Source of the DNA: Candidatus Thorarchaeota archaeon
GTDB lineage: Archaea; Asgardarchaeota; Thorarchaeia; Thorarchaeales; Thorarchaeaceae
Assembly (NCBI GenBank): GCA_020348985.1
Contig: CP070761.1
Location: forward strand, 2,129,770 to 2,157,116
Direction of reading: 5' to 3'
Length of the DNA stretch: 27,347 nt
Position 1 is the stretch's first letter. Each line of letters begins with the position of its first letter. A program made the position numbers and the translations under genes. The notes under the pieces were generated by a model that was not told where the DNA came from, made no database searches, and was given only the letters and a program-made list of their open reading frames with translations. Positions 9,321 through 17,988 of the stretch are shown piece by piece.

Positions 9321-12059
9321 CTACTGAAGCTCTCCTCTCAGCTCTTTGATTGCTGCCTGCGCCAAAGCGAGCCTTGCAATCGGCAGCCGATAAGGTGAGC
9401 AGGATACATAGTCAAGTCCAATCTTATGGAAGAATTCCACGGACCGCGGGTCTCCTCCGTGTTCCCCACAGACCCCTAGCTTTAGGTCAGGTCTCGTCCT
9501 TTTCCCCCTCTCTATTGCAATCTCCATCAGCTGACCTATCCCTCGCTTGTCAATGCTCTGAAACGGATCGTTTCTAAGAAGATGTCCGTCAAGATAGAAT
9601 GGCAAGAAAGTGCCAATGTCGTCTCTGCTGAATCCGAACCCCATCTGAGTCAAGTCGTTTGTCCCGAACGAGAAGAACTCAGCACTCTGTGCCATGTCTC
9701 CCGCCCTCATGCACGCTCTAGGAATCTCAATCATTGTTCCGTAGGCAAAGTCAAAGTCGATACCGCTCTCTTCCCTGACTTTCTGGTATACTTTGTCAAC
9801 AACCATCTTCATCGACTTGAGCTCGGCGGCTCCTATTGTGACAGGAATCATGATTTCGAGTTTGACAACCTTGCCTTCCTTCATCAGCTCAGTAGCCGCC
9901 TCGAAGATAGCCCGAACTTGCATCTCATAGACTTCGGGGTCAGTTATTCCCAATCGAGCTCCCCTATGTCCCATCATAGGATTGCTCTCGTGCAAAGCAT
10001 CACCACGCCTTCTAACCTCATCCGAGGTAATCCCTAATGCATGAGCCAGTCTGTCCTGACCGATCCTGCTCTGAGGCACGAATTCGTGGAGCGGCGGATC
10101 AAGCAGTCTTATGGTAACAGGGAGTCCTACCATTACTTCAAGTGTAGACTTCACATCTTGTTTGACATGGGGTTCGAGTTCATCTAGAGCTGCTCTTCTT
10201 TCAGCTTTGGTGCCGCTGAGAATCATCTTTCTTAACAAGAACAGTGGCTCGTCTGAACCTTCGCCATAGAACATGTGTTCGGTTCGAAATAGCCCTATGC
10301 CCTCGGCTCCAAAGTCCAGCGAAGTCTTCGCGTCCTCAGGCGTGTCAGCATTCGCACGGACGCCCAATTTCCGGAACTGGTCAATCATTCCCATGAATTG
10401 CTGAAGTCGAGGTAATCTAGTGGAGTCGATCATTGGGAGTTCGCCTGGATATACGAGGCCTCGTGTACCATTCAAGGTAAGGACGTCTCCTTCTTTGTAG
10501 ACTTTTCCTTCGATACTCATCATACGTTGGAATGGATCAACCTCAAGCCCAGAAGCACCGACAATACAACACTTGCCCCATCCGCGAGTCACCAAGGCTG
10601 CATGACTAGTCATCCCTCCACGAGCTGTGAGGATTCCAATTGCCGCACGCATTCCTTGAATGTCCTCTGGACTTGTCTCTTCTCGAATCAAGATGACATC
10701 CTTTCCTTGATTCGTCCATTCAACCGCATCTTCTGAAGTGAAGACAATCTGACCGACAGCTCCACCTGGGCCCGCTGGGAGACCCCTGGCAATTGGACTT
10801 GCGTCCTTTTCTGCGTCAGGGTCAAGTATGGGATAGAGTAATTGTCCTAGCTGTTCAGGGTTGACTCTCATGACTGCCTCAGCTTCATCAATCTCTCCAT
10901 CATCCAGAAGATCCAATGCGATATTCAGGGCTGCCGTGGCGGTCCGCTTCCCGACCCTATGTTGTACAAGGAATAGCTTTCCCCGTTCAATTGTGAATTC
11001 GATGTCCAGCATGTCTTTCGTATTGTCTTCGAGAGTATTTCGAATCTCTTTCAGCTTATTGTATATCTCAGGCATCTTATCTTCAAGAGTTGGAAGATGC
11101 TCATTCTGATTGTTCTTGCTCTCTTCATTCATAGGGTTGGGAGTCCGGATTCCGGCAACAACGTCTTCTCCCTGTGCATTGAACAAGCATTCGCCATAGA
11201 ACTTGTTTTCCCCCGTCGCAGGGTCTCTCGTGAAGGCAACACCAGTTGCAGATGTCTCGCCCAGATTGCCAAAGACCATTGATTGGACCGTGCAAGCTGT
11301 GCCCCATTCATCTGGGATGCCCTCGATTCGACGATACGCTACAGCACGTGCACCTCCCCAGCTCTTGAACACCGCACCAATAGCACCCCAAAGCTGTTCG
11401 TATGGATCGTCTGGAAACTCTCTGCCCAAAGTAGCCTTAACCCTCTCCTTGAACTTGTGACACAACTCTTTCAAGTCAGCTACAGTCAAGTCTGTGTCAT
11501 TCAACCGACCGGTCTCTCTCTTCTTCTTGGCAAGAATCCATTCCATCTGTTGACGGATTCCTTGGCCCTCTTCTGGAACGATACCCTCCGATTTCTCAAG
11601 CACAACGTCTGCATACATCATTATCAGGCGCCTATACGAGTCGTATGCAAATCTTTCGTCACCCGTTGTCATGATCAGTCCTTGAATTGTCTCGGTCGTC
11701 AGACCTACGTTCAAGACTGTCTCCATCATTCCAGGCATTGATTGTCTTGCACCAGATCGACACGACACAAGTAGAGGATTCTTCACGTCACCGAACTTCT
11801 TGTCAAGAATCTCCTCTACCCACTCCAGTGAGGCCTTGACCTCTGCCATAACATCGACTGTGAGGCCACCTGTCTCAAAGTAATCATTGCAGACCTCAGT
11901 AGAAATCGTGAATCCTGGGGGGACAGGAAGTCCCATGAGAGTCGCATCGGCAAGAGAGGCGCCCTTACCTCCCAAGAGATTCTTCATCTCACCTGTGCCA
12001 TCTGCATGTCCGGCACCAAATCTGAAGACATGCCTTTTCTTTGATTCCTTATCACTCAA
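9321..12059 (-). CDS. ppdK: Pyruvate, phosphate dikinase
   Basis: LLGGKGA, PLLVSCRSGA, AQGEDVVAGIRTP, phospho-His motif GGMTSHAA, GIGLFRTEHMF, FSFGTNDLTQ, CGEHGG. I chose TTG 12059 as the start because GGTGA lies 7 nt upstream; the ORF is open to 12125. Confidence 0.97.
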   Translation of the reverse strand: MSDKESKKRHVFRFGAGHADGTGEMKNLLGGKGASLADATLMGLPVPPGFTISTEVCNDYFETGGLTVDVMAEVKASLEWVEEILDKKFGDVKNPLLVSCRSGARQSMPGMMETVLNVGLTTETIQGLIMTTGDERFAYDSYRRLIMMYADVVLEKSEGIVPEEGQGIRQQMEWILAKKKRETGRLNDTDLTVADLKELCHKFKERVKATLGREFPDDPYEQLWGAIGAVFKSWGGARAVAYRRIEGIPDEWGTACTVQSMVFGNLGETSATGVAFTRDPATGENKFYGECLFNAQGEDVVAGIRTPNPMNEESKNNQNEHLPTLEDKMPEIYNKLKEIRNTLEDNTKDMLDIEFTIERGKLFLVQHRVGKRTATAALNIALDLLDDGEIDEAEAVMRVNPEQLGQLLYPILDPDAEKDASPIARGLPAGPGGAVGQIVFTSEDAVEWTNQGKDVILIREETSPEDIQGMRAAIGILTARGGMTSHAALVTRGWGKCCIVGASGLEVDPFQRMMSIEGKVYKEGDVLTLNGTRGLVYPGELPMIDSTRLPRLQQFMGMIDQFRKLGVRANADTPEDAKTSLDFGAEGIGLFRTEHMFYGEGSDEPLFLLRKMILSGTKAERRAALDELEPHVKQDVKSTLEVMVGLPVTIRLLDPPLHEFVPQSRIGQDRLAHALGITSDEVRRRGDALHESNPMMGHRGARLGITDPEVYEMQVRAIFEAATELMKEGKVVKLEIMIPVTIGAAELKSMKMVVDKVYQKVREESGIDFDFAYGTMIEIPRACMRAGDMAQSAEFFSFGTNDLTQMGFGFSRDDIGTFLPFYLDGHLLRNDPFQSIDKRGIGQLMEIAIERGKRTRPDLKLGVCGEHGGDPRSVEFFHKIGLDYVSCSPYRLPIARLALAQAAIKELRGELQ

Positions 12060-12225
12060 AGCCCGTTCACCTGAAAAGCTGTATGAATCCCCTGGATTCG
12101 CGAACCTATCAAATAGGACCGTCAAACTAGGAGCGCTTGACCTTTGGATTCGATTAGAGGCAGCTTGCCTAAAACCTTATCTCTGTAGACATGGTCCGCG
12201 TGTCGTCTTCCGCGAGGCATGAAAT

Positions 12226-13695
12226 ATGATAGATCTCTCTAAGAATGAAGAGCAACTTGCTAGAGCAGCGAAAAGATGCAAGGAAAGAAACATTCTCATT
12301 CCGACTTTCTCTCAGTTGAAGAATCCCGAAACGGCACCAATTCGAATCAAAGAGGAGCTCAAGGGAATCGGTCTTTGGGACGTCGTTCCTCAGAACCTAT
12401 TTAGGATAACCTGGAAAAACGAGCCAACATCGACCGGGGGTCTCTTTCGGGATATTGCAAACTACATGGAGATCCCTCCTGAGTTGTCCGGGGTTGAAGC
12501 ACGGATCATTGCGTTGGTTGGGAAGTTCTTTCCCACAGGGGCTCATAAGGTTGGAGCTGCCTTTGGTTGTCTTGTGCCGCCCTTGGTCACCGGCCAATTT
12601 GATCCAACTAAACACAAAGCAGTCTGGCCGAGTACTGGGAATTACTGCAGAGGCGGTGCCTACGACTCCACCCTTCTTTCCTGTGAAAGCATTGCTATCT
12701 TGCCTGAAGAGATGTCTCAAGAAAGGTTTGACTGGCTAGCATCTGTAGCCGGAGAAGTCATCAAAACCCCGGGCAGCGAAAGTAATGTTAAGGAGATCTA
12801 TGACAAGTGCTGGGAATTGAAGCGAACACGAGATGACATATTCATTTTCAATCAGTTTGCAGAGTTCGGGAACTACCTCTATCACTATGAAGTCACAGGC
12901 CATGCCATGAGAGAAGTGCTAGAGAAGGAACTCGGCAACGATCGATTCAGTGGAGTATGTCTTACAACCGGATCCGCAGGCACCATCGCAAGCGGAGATT
13001 TCATGAAACAAGAGTTCCCGACTTCCAAAGTAGCCGCTGGTGAGGCCGTTCAGTGCCCGACCCTGTGGCTGAATGGATACGGAGCGCATCGCATCGAAGG
13101 CATTGGCGACAAGCACGTGCCTTGGATTCACAATGTGCGAAACACAGACATGATAATCGCCATAGATGATGCTGATTCAATGAATCTGATTAGACTGTTC
13201 AACGAACCTGCGGGGCATAAATACCTCACGAAGGATGTTGGAGTCTCCGAAGAGATTGTTGCGAAACTCGATCTGCTTGGGATTTCGAGTGTAGCGAATC
13301 TGCTTATGGCCATCAAGTATGCCAAGTACTTTGAACTCACAGGCAATGACGTTGTTTTGACAGTCTTCACTGATTCAATGGAGATGTACCAATCCCGGCT
13401 GAAAGAAGCTAATTCAGAACATGGCAAATACACACATGAGAATGCAATTCGAGACTATTGCCGCAGTCTCCAAGCCCAGAAGACCGATGCCATGATAGAA
13501 CTGGGGCACTATGACAGAAAACGAATCCATCATCTGAAGTACTTCACATGGATTGAACAGCAGATGTTCGAGTTGGACGAACTGAACAGACAATGGTATG
13601 ACTATGAGGAGTACTGGGACGGAATTCAGCAACTTACTCCGCAGATTGACGAACTCATTGTTGCCTTCAACGATGAGGCAGGATTCAAGCAATGA
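12226..13695 (+). CDS. Fold-type II PLP-dependent enzyme (cysteine synthase/tryptophan synthase beta superfamily), substrate unknown
   Basis: FPTGAHKVGA (PLP lysine), WPSTGNYCRGG, TGSAGT phosphate loop, HRIEGIG. Confidence 0.85.
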   Translation: MIDLSKNEEQLARAAKRCKERNILIPTFSQLKNPETAPIRIKEELKGIGLWDVVPQNLFRITWKNEPTSTGGLFRDIANYMEIPPELSGVEARIIALVGKFFPTGAHKVGAAFGCLVPPLVTGQFDPTKHKAVWPSTGNYCRGGAYDSTLLSCESIAILPEEMSQERFDWLASVAGEVIKTPGSESNVKEIYDKCWELKRTRDDIFIFNQFAEFGNYLYHYEVTGHAMREVLEKELGNDRFSGVCLTTGSAGTIASGDFMKQEFPTSKVAAGEAVQCPTLWLNGYGAHRIEGIGDKHVPWIHNVRNTDMIIAIDDADSMNLIRLFNEPAGHKYLTKDVGVSEEIVAKLDLLGISSVANLLMAIKYAKYFELTGNDVVLTVFTDSMEMYQSRLKEANSEHGKYTHENAIRDYCRSLQAQKTDAMIELGHYDRKRIHHLKYFTWIEQQMFELDELNRQWYDYEEYWDGIQQLTPQIDELIVAFNDEAGFKQ

Positions 13696-15274
13696 ACTGC
13701 CAGCGGCTCCAATTGATGTAGAAGACTGAGAGTGTGTCTCTCACGGTGATCACATTGTCAGTAAGAGTTACCGAGAAAACCTTCTCAACAGCAAGTCGAA
13801 GAATATGATAGTAGGTTGGATAGAAGAACTCATCAAAGAACGCAAAGTACTCACAACTTCGATTTCTCAGATACTGAATGCACTCAATCGTGGTTAGGTT
13901 AGCATAGGTAAACTCAGGACTGACAAGACCTGCCAGGTCAATGATGGCACGATCGGAAAAGAACCTTAATGCCCCTGAATCTGTTACTGCGATTATTGCA
14001 TCTTCTGGCGTGTTTTCTTTGATCCAGAGTGCCACCTCCACCTGCTGATCATTTATGTTCTTCACAGCGTTGCCAAAATAAGAGGTCTGGCGATTGTAGT
14101 CAGGGATTAGCGGCACAAAGACAAATGCAATTATGATCATCAGAGTGAAGGACTTCCTGAAGATTTCTTGATCAATCTTCATCTTGTTGAAAAGCAATTC
14201 AACAGTAAGAGCAACCGCAGGAATGGACGTAATGAGGAACAGGTCGAAGACTGGTACGAGCCATCGAGCGTTGTTCATCAGAGAAGTGTATGCTAATGAT
14301 ACTCTGTAGAGAATGGTCATTGAAAGAGCCAGAAGCCACAGGTGCGGCCTACCTTTCCTGATTAGGACAAGACCTAGAATCAGACCTATCAGAATGAATG
14401 GATATGTTACAAGCCACAGACTCCACCAGAAATCCCAAGCTTCTATCTCATATCCCTCCGGGGCGTGAACCTTTGCATAGAATGTATCGGGAAGCGGCCT
14501 TCCAGTTGTTGCCACGCAGTGCAATATCCAAGGAAGCGCGATAATCAACGCAATTGCGCCTGCTGCGATGAATGATAGTAGTCGCTTGGGCGACATTCTC
14601 CCACTCCATGCAAGAATTATCATTCTTGCAGGTACACACACAGCTCCAATCAGTATCCCCTCTGGACGTGATAAGTATGCGAGTCCGACTGCAATTCCAA
14701 GCAGTAGGTCGTACTTTGGCTGATCCCTGTCAAGAAAGACAACGGAAAGCATCAGAAAGAAGAAGAAGAGCGGCGTCTCCATCCCGGACATCATTAGCCA
14801 CGTGTTTCTGGGCATCATCACAAAGCCGATGATGCAAACATGGCCCCAAAGCGGAGACGATGTATAATCAGTAACGATTGCACCCACTAGATAGGACGAA
14901 GCAATGTAGAGCGTTGCCGATATAGCGTATGTCCCCCAGATGACGTATCTCGCATCATTGGTCAGAAGGAAAAGAGGAGATAGGACTATCGCCCAAAGTG
15001 GGCTAGTGCATCCAGTACTTGGATAGCCTGGCGAATATTCCCAGGGAGTGCCCTCTGCAATGGCTCGTGCGAACTGCAGATGAATCCAAGAATCGTCAAG
15101 GGGGAAACCTGGGTTCGTCCACTGTGTCATAGTAATGAGATAATGCAAACAGGAGATGAGTGTGGCAAGAAGTGCTGTAGACAGAAGCTGAATAGAGTGT
15201 CTTCTCTTCTTGACCATCGCTTCTGGGTCTCTCGTTATCTCCGTCAGAGTCTCAAGATGCGGATCATTAGTCAT
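13685..15274 (-). CDS. GT-C fold polytopic glycosyltransferase (ArnT/PMT/AftB-like) with a soluble C-terminal domain
   Basis: DD motif after TM1 (LDDSWIH), G.TSPLW, SGMETPL, SRPEG, PDTFYAK. About 11-13 TM segments. C-terminal WIKENTP...DSG...IDLAGL. Confidence 0.75.
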   Translation of the reverse strand: MTNDPHLETLTEITRDPEAMVKKRRHSIQLLSTALLATLISCLHYLITMTQWTNPGFPLDDSWIHLQFARAIAEGTPWEYSPGYPSTGCTSPLWAIVLSPLFLLTNDARYVIWGTYAISATLYIASSYLVGAIVTDYTSSPLWGHVCIIGFVMMPRNTWLMMSGMETPLFFFFLMLSVVFLDRDQPKYDLLLGIAVGLAYLSRPEGILIGAVCVPARMIILAWSGRMSPKRLLSFIAAGAIALIIALPWILHCVATTGRPLPDTFYAKVHAPEGYEIEAWDFWWSLWLVTYPFILIGLILGLVLIRKGRPHLWLLALSMTILYRVSLAYTSLMNNARWLVPVFDLFLITSIPAVALTVELLFNKMKIDQEIFRKSFTLMIIIAFVFVPLIPDYNRQTSYFGNAVKNINDQQVEVALWIKENTPEDAIIAVTDSGALRFFSDRAIIDLAGLVSPEFTYANLTTIECIQYLRNRSCEYFAFFDEFFYPTYYHILRLAVEKVFSVTLTDNVITVRDTLSVFYINWSRWQFIA

Positions 15275-15411
15275 TGTCAGAAGACTCCCCTCGACTTCTG
15301 AAGACTATTCCGAATTGTTATAGTCGTCGAGACGCTTCAATCTAATTATTTAACAGTGCCACGAATCTGGAGGGAACTCAAAGTTTCGCTGAGAGTCTTC
15401 TAAAAGGGATC

Positions 15412-15456
15412 AAAGAAGGAAAAGAGGAAGAAAAAGAAAGGGGAGGGGGGAAGAGG
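15412..15456 (-). terminator. Pyrimidine/oligo-T rich archaeal-type terminator of the EB_dh-like gene
   Basis: A 45-nt uninterrupted purine run on + (pure pyrimidine with T4-T5 runs on -), starting 5 nt after the stop codon. Confidence 0.6.
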
Positions 15457-15461
15457 TGATG

Positions 15462-16622
15462 CTAGCTTCCCCGCCTCAGATATATCACGACTATTAGTGC
15501 TACAATAAGAAGGGATCCGGCTATTGCAGCAATAAGTGTGAAGTCTAATGTACCAGGCGGTGGTGTGGTTGTGGTAGTATCGGTTGTTGTGGTGGTTGTT
15601 GTTTCGGTTGTTGTGGTGGTCGCAGGTGGTGTAGTCGTTGTTGTAGGCAGACCAGTCTCGGACGTGACAGTCAACGAGAATTCGGTTGGCGTGGCACCGC
15701 CTGCCCTATAGTGAGAGTCATCTCCTGAATTGTCATGGATCGCCAAAAAGAATGGAACTGCCACTCCGTTAGTGAAGGTGATGTCGTCAGCACTGTGCGT
15801 TGTATCGAGCGCACGCAAGAACTCAACTTGCCAAGAAGTGCCGTTGTGCATTGAACCCGTTAGGACGTCCCCTCTACTGCCTGTTGGCACATCTGTCTTG
15901 TATCCCGCGATGAAGTCAGAAAGCGGAGTCGCGTTTTCTCCATTAGACCAAGATATTTCCACACCATTGTTGTCCCAGAAGGGACGATCATCGTCACCAA
16001 AGGCTGCCACTACAGAGGAATTGCCCAACGCACTGGTGATTGCTGATGCGTTGTCTGCTTGCACGACAACAGAATTGTCCTTGTATCCTCCAGCAGTCTT
16101 GGCGTCGGATTGACGTCCAGAGCCATCCCAGTACTTATCGTCTGCCCAGCCTGCTGGATCAGTCCGTGAAGCTTTCCAGTGCCAGATGTCAAAGAGCATG
16201 CTGTCTGCTGTTCCTGGGTTGTGGCCACACACCATGTTTGCACTGCCGTTCGCAAATGCGAACTCGATTCTATCCTCATTTCCTCCCACATTCTCCCAGT
16301 CTGTTCCATTGAATGACCAGCCCTTGCGTGTGTTATTGGCATAGGGGTCATTCCATGTAGCATAAACGAAAATGTGGCTTCCGTTGTTTGCGGCCTTCAC
16401 GATCACATCGTAGCCCGAACCATCTATGTCTGTAATGACAATCTGGTCAGAAGTGGCCCAGAAGGACTCTGTGGCTTGACCATCAAGAACAATTGAATCG
16501 GTTGTGCTATAGGCCATCAATGTTGTACCGTCCAGATTTGCAGTAGCGAACTGACCTGCAAGCAAAAAGGAAATCGCAAACAGGCCAACAACGACAATTC
16601 CTGGTAGTTTCTTTGTGTTCAC
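15462..16622 (-). CDS. Membrane-anchored ethylbenzene dehydrogenase gamma-like (EB_dh/DOMON) putative heme-binding protein with Thr/Pro linker
   Basis: Signal peptide; LDG...W, ATWND, EDRIEFAF, DIWHWKASRT, GWADDKY, WQVEFLRALDT; poly-Thr linker; C-terminal TM plus RR. I chose GTG 16622 as the start (GGAGG upstream); the ORF is open to ATG 16655. Confidence 0.75.
   Translation of the reverse strand: MNTKKLPGIVVVGLFAISFLLAGQFATANLDGTTLMAYSTTDSIVLDGQATESFWATSDQIVITDIDGSGYDVIVKAANNGSHIFVYATWNDPYANNTRKGWSFNGTDWENVGGNEDRIEFAFANGSANMVCGHNPGTADSMLFDIWHWKASRTDPAGWADDKYWDGSGRQSDAKTAGGYKDNSVVVQADNASAITSALGNSSVVAAFGDDDRPFWDNNGVEISWSNGENATPLSDFIAGYKTDVPTGSRGDVLTGSMHNGTSWQVEFLRALDTTHSADDITFTNGVAVPFFLAIHDNSGDDSHYRAGGATPTEFSLTVTSETGLPTTTTTPPATTTTTETTTTTTTDTTTTTPPPGTLDFTLIAAIAGSLLIVALIVVIYLRRGS
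15558..15645 (-). repeat. Low-complexity ACN-codon tract encoding the Thr/Pro-rich linker
   Basis: Encodes PTTTTTPPATTTTTETTTTTTTDTTTTTPPP. Confidence 0.85.
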
Positions 16623-16765
16623 CGCAACCTTCCTCCATGTCTGGGGTATGTGCATGAGAATACTTCTGAGAGTGTTGGAGCATTTGCTATTAAGCGACTA
16701 TCAAAAGCGAGCTATAGTTCTATTGTGTCCATAGTGAAGGTCTGCAATGACGATTAGAATGAAGG

Positions 16766-17644
16766 TCAAGTTACCCCAGTTGCAGTGAAAACAGTAATGT
16801 GAACAATCGGTTTCACTTCGACCTTCTTGAACTCCTTCTCCAAAGCGGTCACTACGGATTCTTGGTCTAGCGCTTTCTTGCCTTCAGGCAATTTGTGCTC
16901 AAGTCGCTCTATGAACATTCCAATGTGAAGAGGATCTTCATACTCCTGCACGAGAGCTGTAGGAATCATCAGCGCTATTGTTCCATTATTCCTAAGAGCT
17001 CTTCTGGCCTCAGTGATGCAGTCAGCAAGCTTCTCCTCTCCAAGACCTCCGATCACTATTATTAGATCTATGTAGTTTTCCTTGAACGGAATGTCATCTG
17101 AAGATCCATTAAGGAACTTGCAGCCAGTTGGAATATCATCATCATCCGGAGCCATTTGAGCTATGAAATAGGTTTCACAATCGGGCAATGTAGTACAGAG
17201 GTTTGTCAGGAGCTCTTTCACAGGAGACGAAAGTCTGCGAGCTACACACGCGATTATGCTGACTGATTTGGAACTCTTGATGAGTTTCTTTGATATCTTG
17301 ACAAAAACGCTCGATTCAGGGGGAAGATTCGTGAGGTATTCGACGTAGAAGTCATGAACAATGCCTATTGCCTCAAGAAGGATACGCTTCCGCTCTTGCT
17401 CACCCTTGGCAGTCAATCTATACACGCGCTTCCTAGGTCCAGACATACTCTCTTCCCATCTATCCTCTAGCAGTCCTTCTGAGAGCATCTCTCCCAAGAC
17501 AGAGTACAGTCTGCTCATGCCTAGAGTATGCCCATGACTTCCAAGCTCTCTATGTGCTTCGTAGCCGTAAAACTCCCTTAGACCGAATGTCCTCAGGATG
17601 AATCTCTTGAGATCGTCTTTTCTCATCGGGCTCAGGGCTCCCAC
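16766..17644 (-). CDS. PadR-family wHTH regulator fused to a degenerate class I SAM-methyltransferase-like domain
   Basis: YGYE, LYSVL..M...GLL, GPRKRVYRLTAKG (PadR). C-terminal DDIPFKENYIDLII and EARRALRNNGTIAL resemble Methyltransf_11 motifs. The start is GTG 17644 or the nearby ATG. Confidence 0.82.
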   Translation of the reverse strand: MGALSPMRKDDLKRFILRTFGLREFYGYEAHRELGSHGHTLGMSRLYSVLGEMLSEGLLEDRWEESMSGPRKRVYRLTAKGEQERKRILLEAIGIVHDFYVEYLTNLPPESSVFVKISKKLIKSSKSVSIIACVARRLSSPVKELLTNLCTTLPDCETYFIAQMAPDDDDIPTGCKFLNGSSDDIPFKENYIDLIIVIGGLGEEKLADCITEARRALRNNGTIALMIPTALVQEYEDPLHIGMFIERLEHKLPEGKKALDQESVVTALEKEFKKVEVKPIVHITVFTATGVT

Positions 17645-17846
17645 CTACAAGACTGCTTCGAGCAAGAAAGAACTCAGTTCGTCTATAGATTGTCGCAAGA
17701 ACGATTAACTTTCGACAAAAGGGTTTTCATGTGTCGATTTTCTTGGATTCCGTTTTCCATCTCTGAAAGGGGAATCGCCAAAGCAGTCGACTCAATGCGT
17801 TGCTCTTTGTCAGCAGCATTGTGGAACTAGGCTCTACTCGTCGTAA

Positions 17847-17882
17847 TGTACAATTGTGGACATTAATGTACCAAAACGGACA
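17847..17882 (+). promoter_or_regulatory. Four phased TRP-box-like operators (TGTACA consensus)
   Basis: TGTACA 17847, TGGACA 17857, TGTACC 17867, CGGACA 17877. The period is exactly 10 bp with 4-nt spacers, upstream of trpB2. Confidence 0.65.
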
Positions 17883-17883
17883 A

Positions 17884-17892
17884 GTATATAAG
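17884..17892 (+). promoter_or_regulatory. TATA box of the trpB2 transcription unit
   Basis: GTATATAAG preceded by purine-rich AAAACGGACAAG (BRE position). Confidence 0.65.
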
Positions 17893-17937
17893 GGCCAAGC
17901 AAAACGCGACTACAACCCTATCAAGGGATGAGTCAAA

Positions 17938-17988
17938 ATGAGTGTGTGTCATTACCAATGGATATTGGGTCCTGCGGGGCCCGTTTAG
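17938..17988 (+). CDS. Putative Trp-containing leader peptide MSVCHYQWILGPAGPV
   Basis: ATG 17938, TGG 17959-17961, TAG 17986-17988. A weak SD-like GGGATGA lies upstream. The ORF is embedded in a hairpin-rich leader of trpB2. Confidence 0.4.
   Translation: MSVCHYQWILGPAGPV

Noticed and set aside
13685-13695. Convergent gene ends that overlap or abut (also 4912/4917, 9319/9321, 26189-26192)
   Set aside because: This is common in compact archaeal genomes, and there is no specific evidence for antisense regulation.
12226-13695. Calling the PLP enzyme cysK or ortB
   Set aside because: The motifs and length differ from CysK, and no OrtA-like small partner gene is adjacent.
13685-15274. Calling the GT-C protein an oligosaccharyltransferase (AglB/STT3)
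   Set aside because: It lacks the WWDYG motif and is shorter than typical AglB.
17690-17737. TTGTCG/CGACAA and TCGACA/TGTCGA inverted pairs upstream of padR
   Set aside because: The 6-bp arms have inconsistent spacers and cannot be distinguished from chance by eye.
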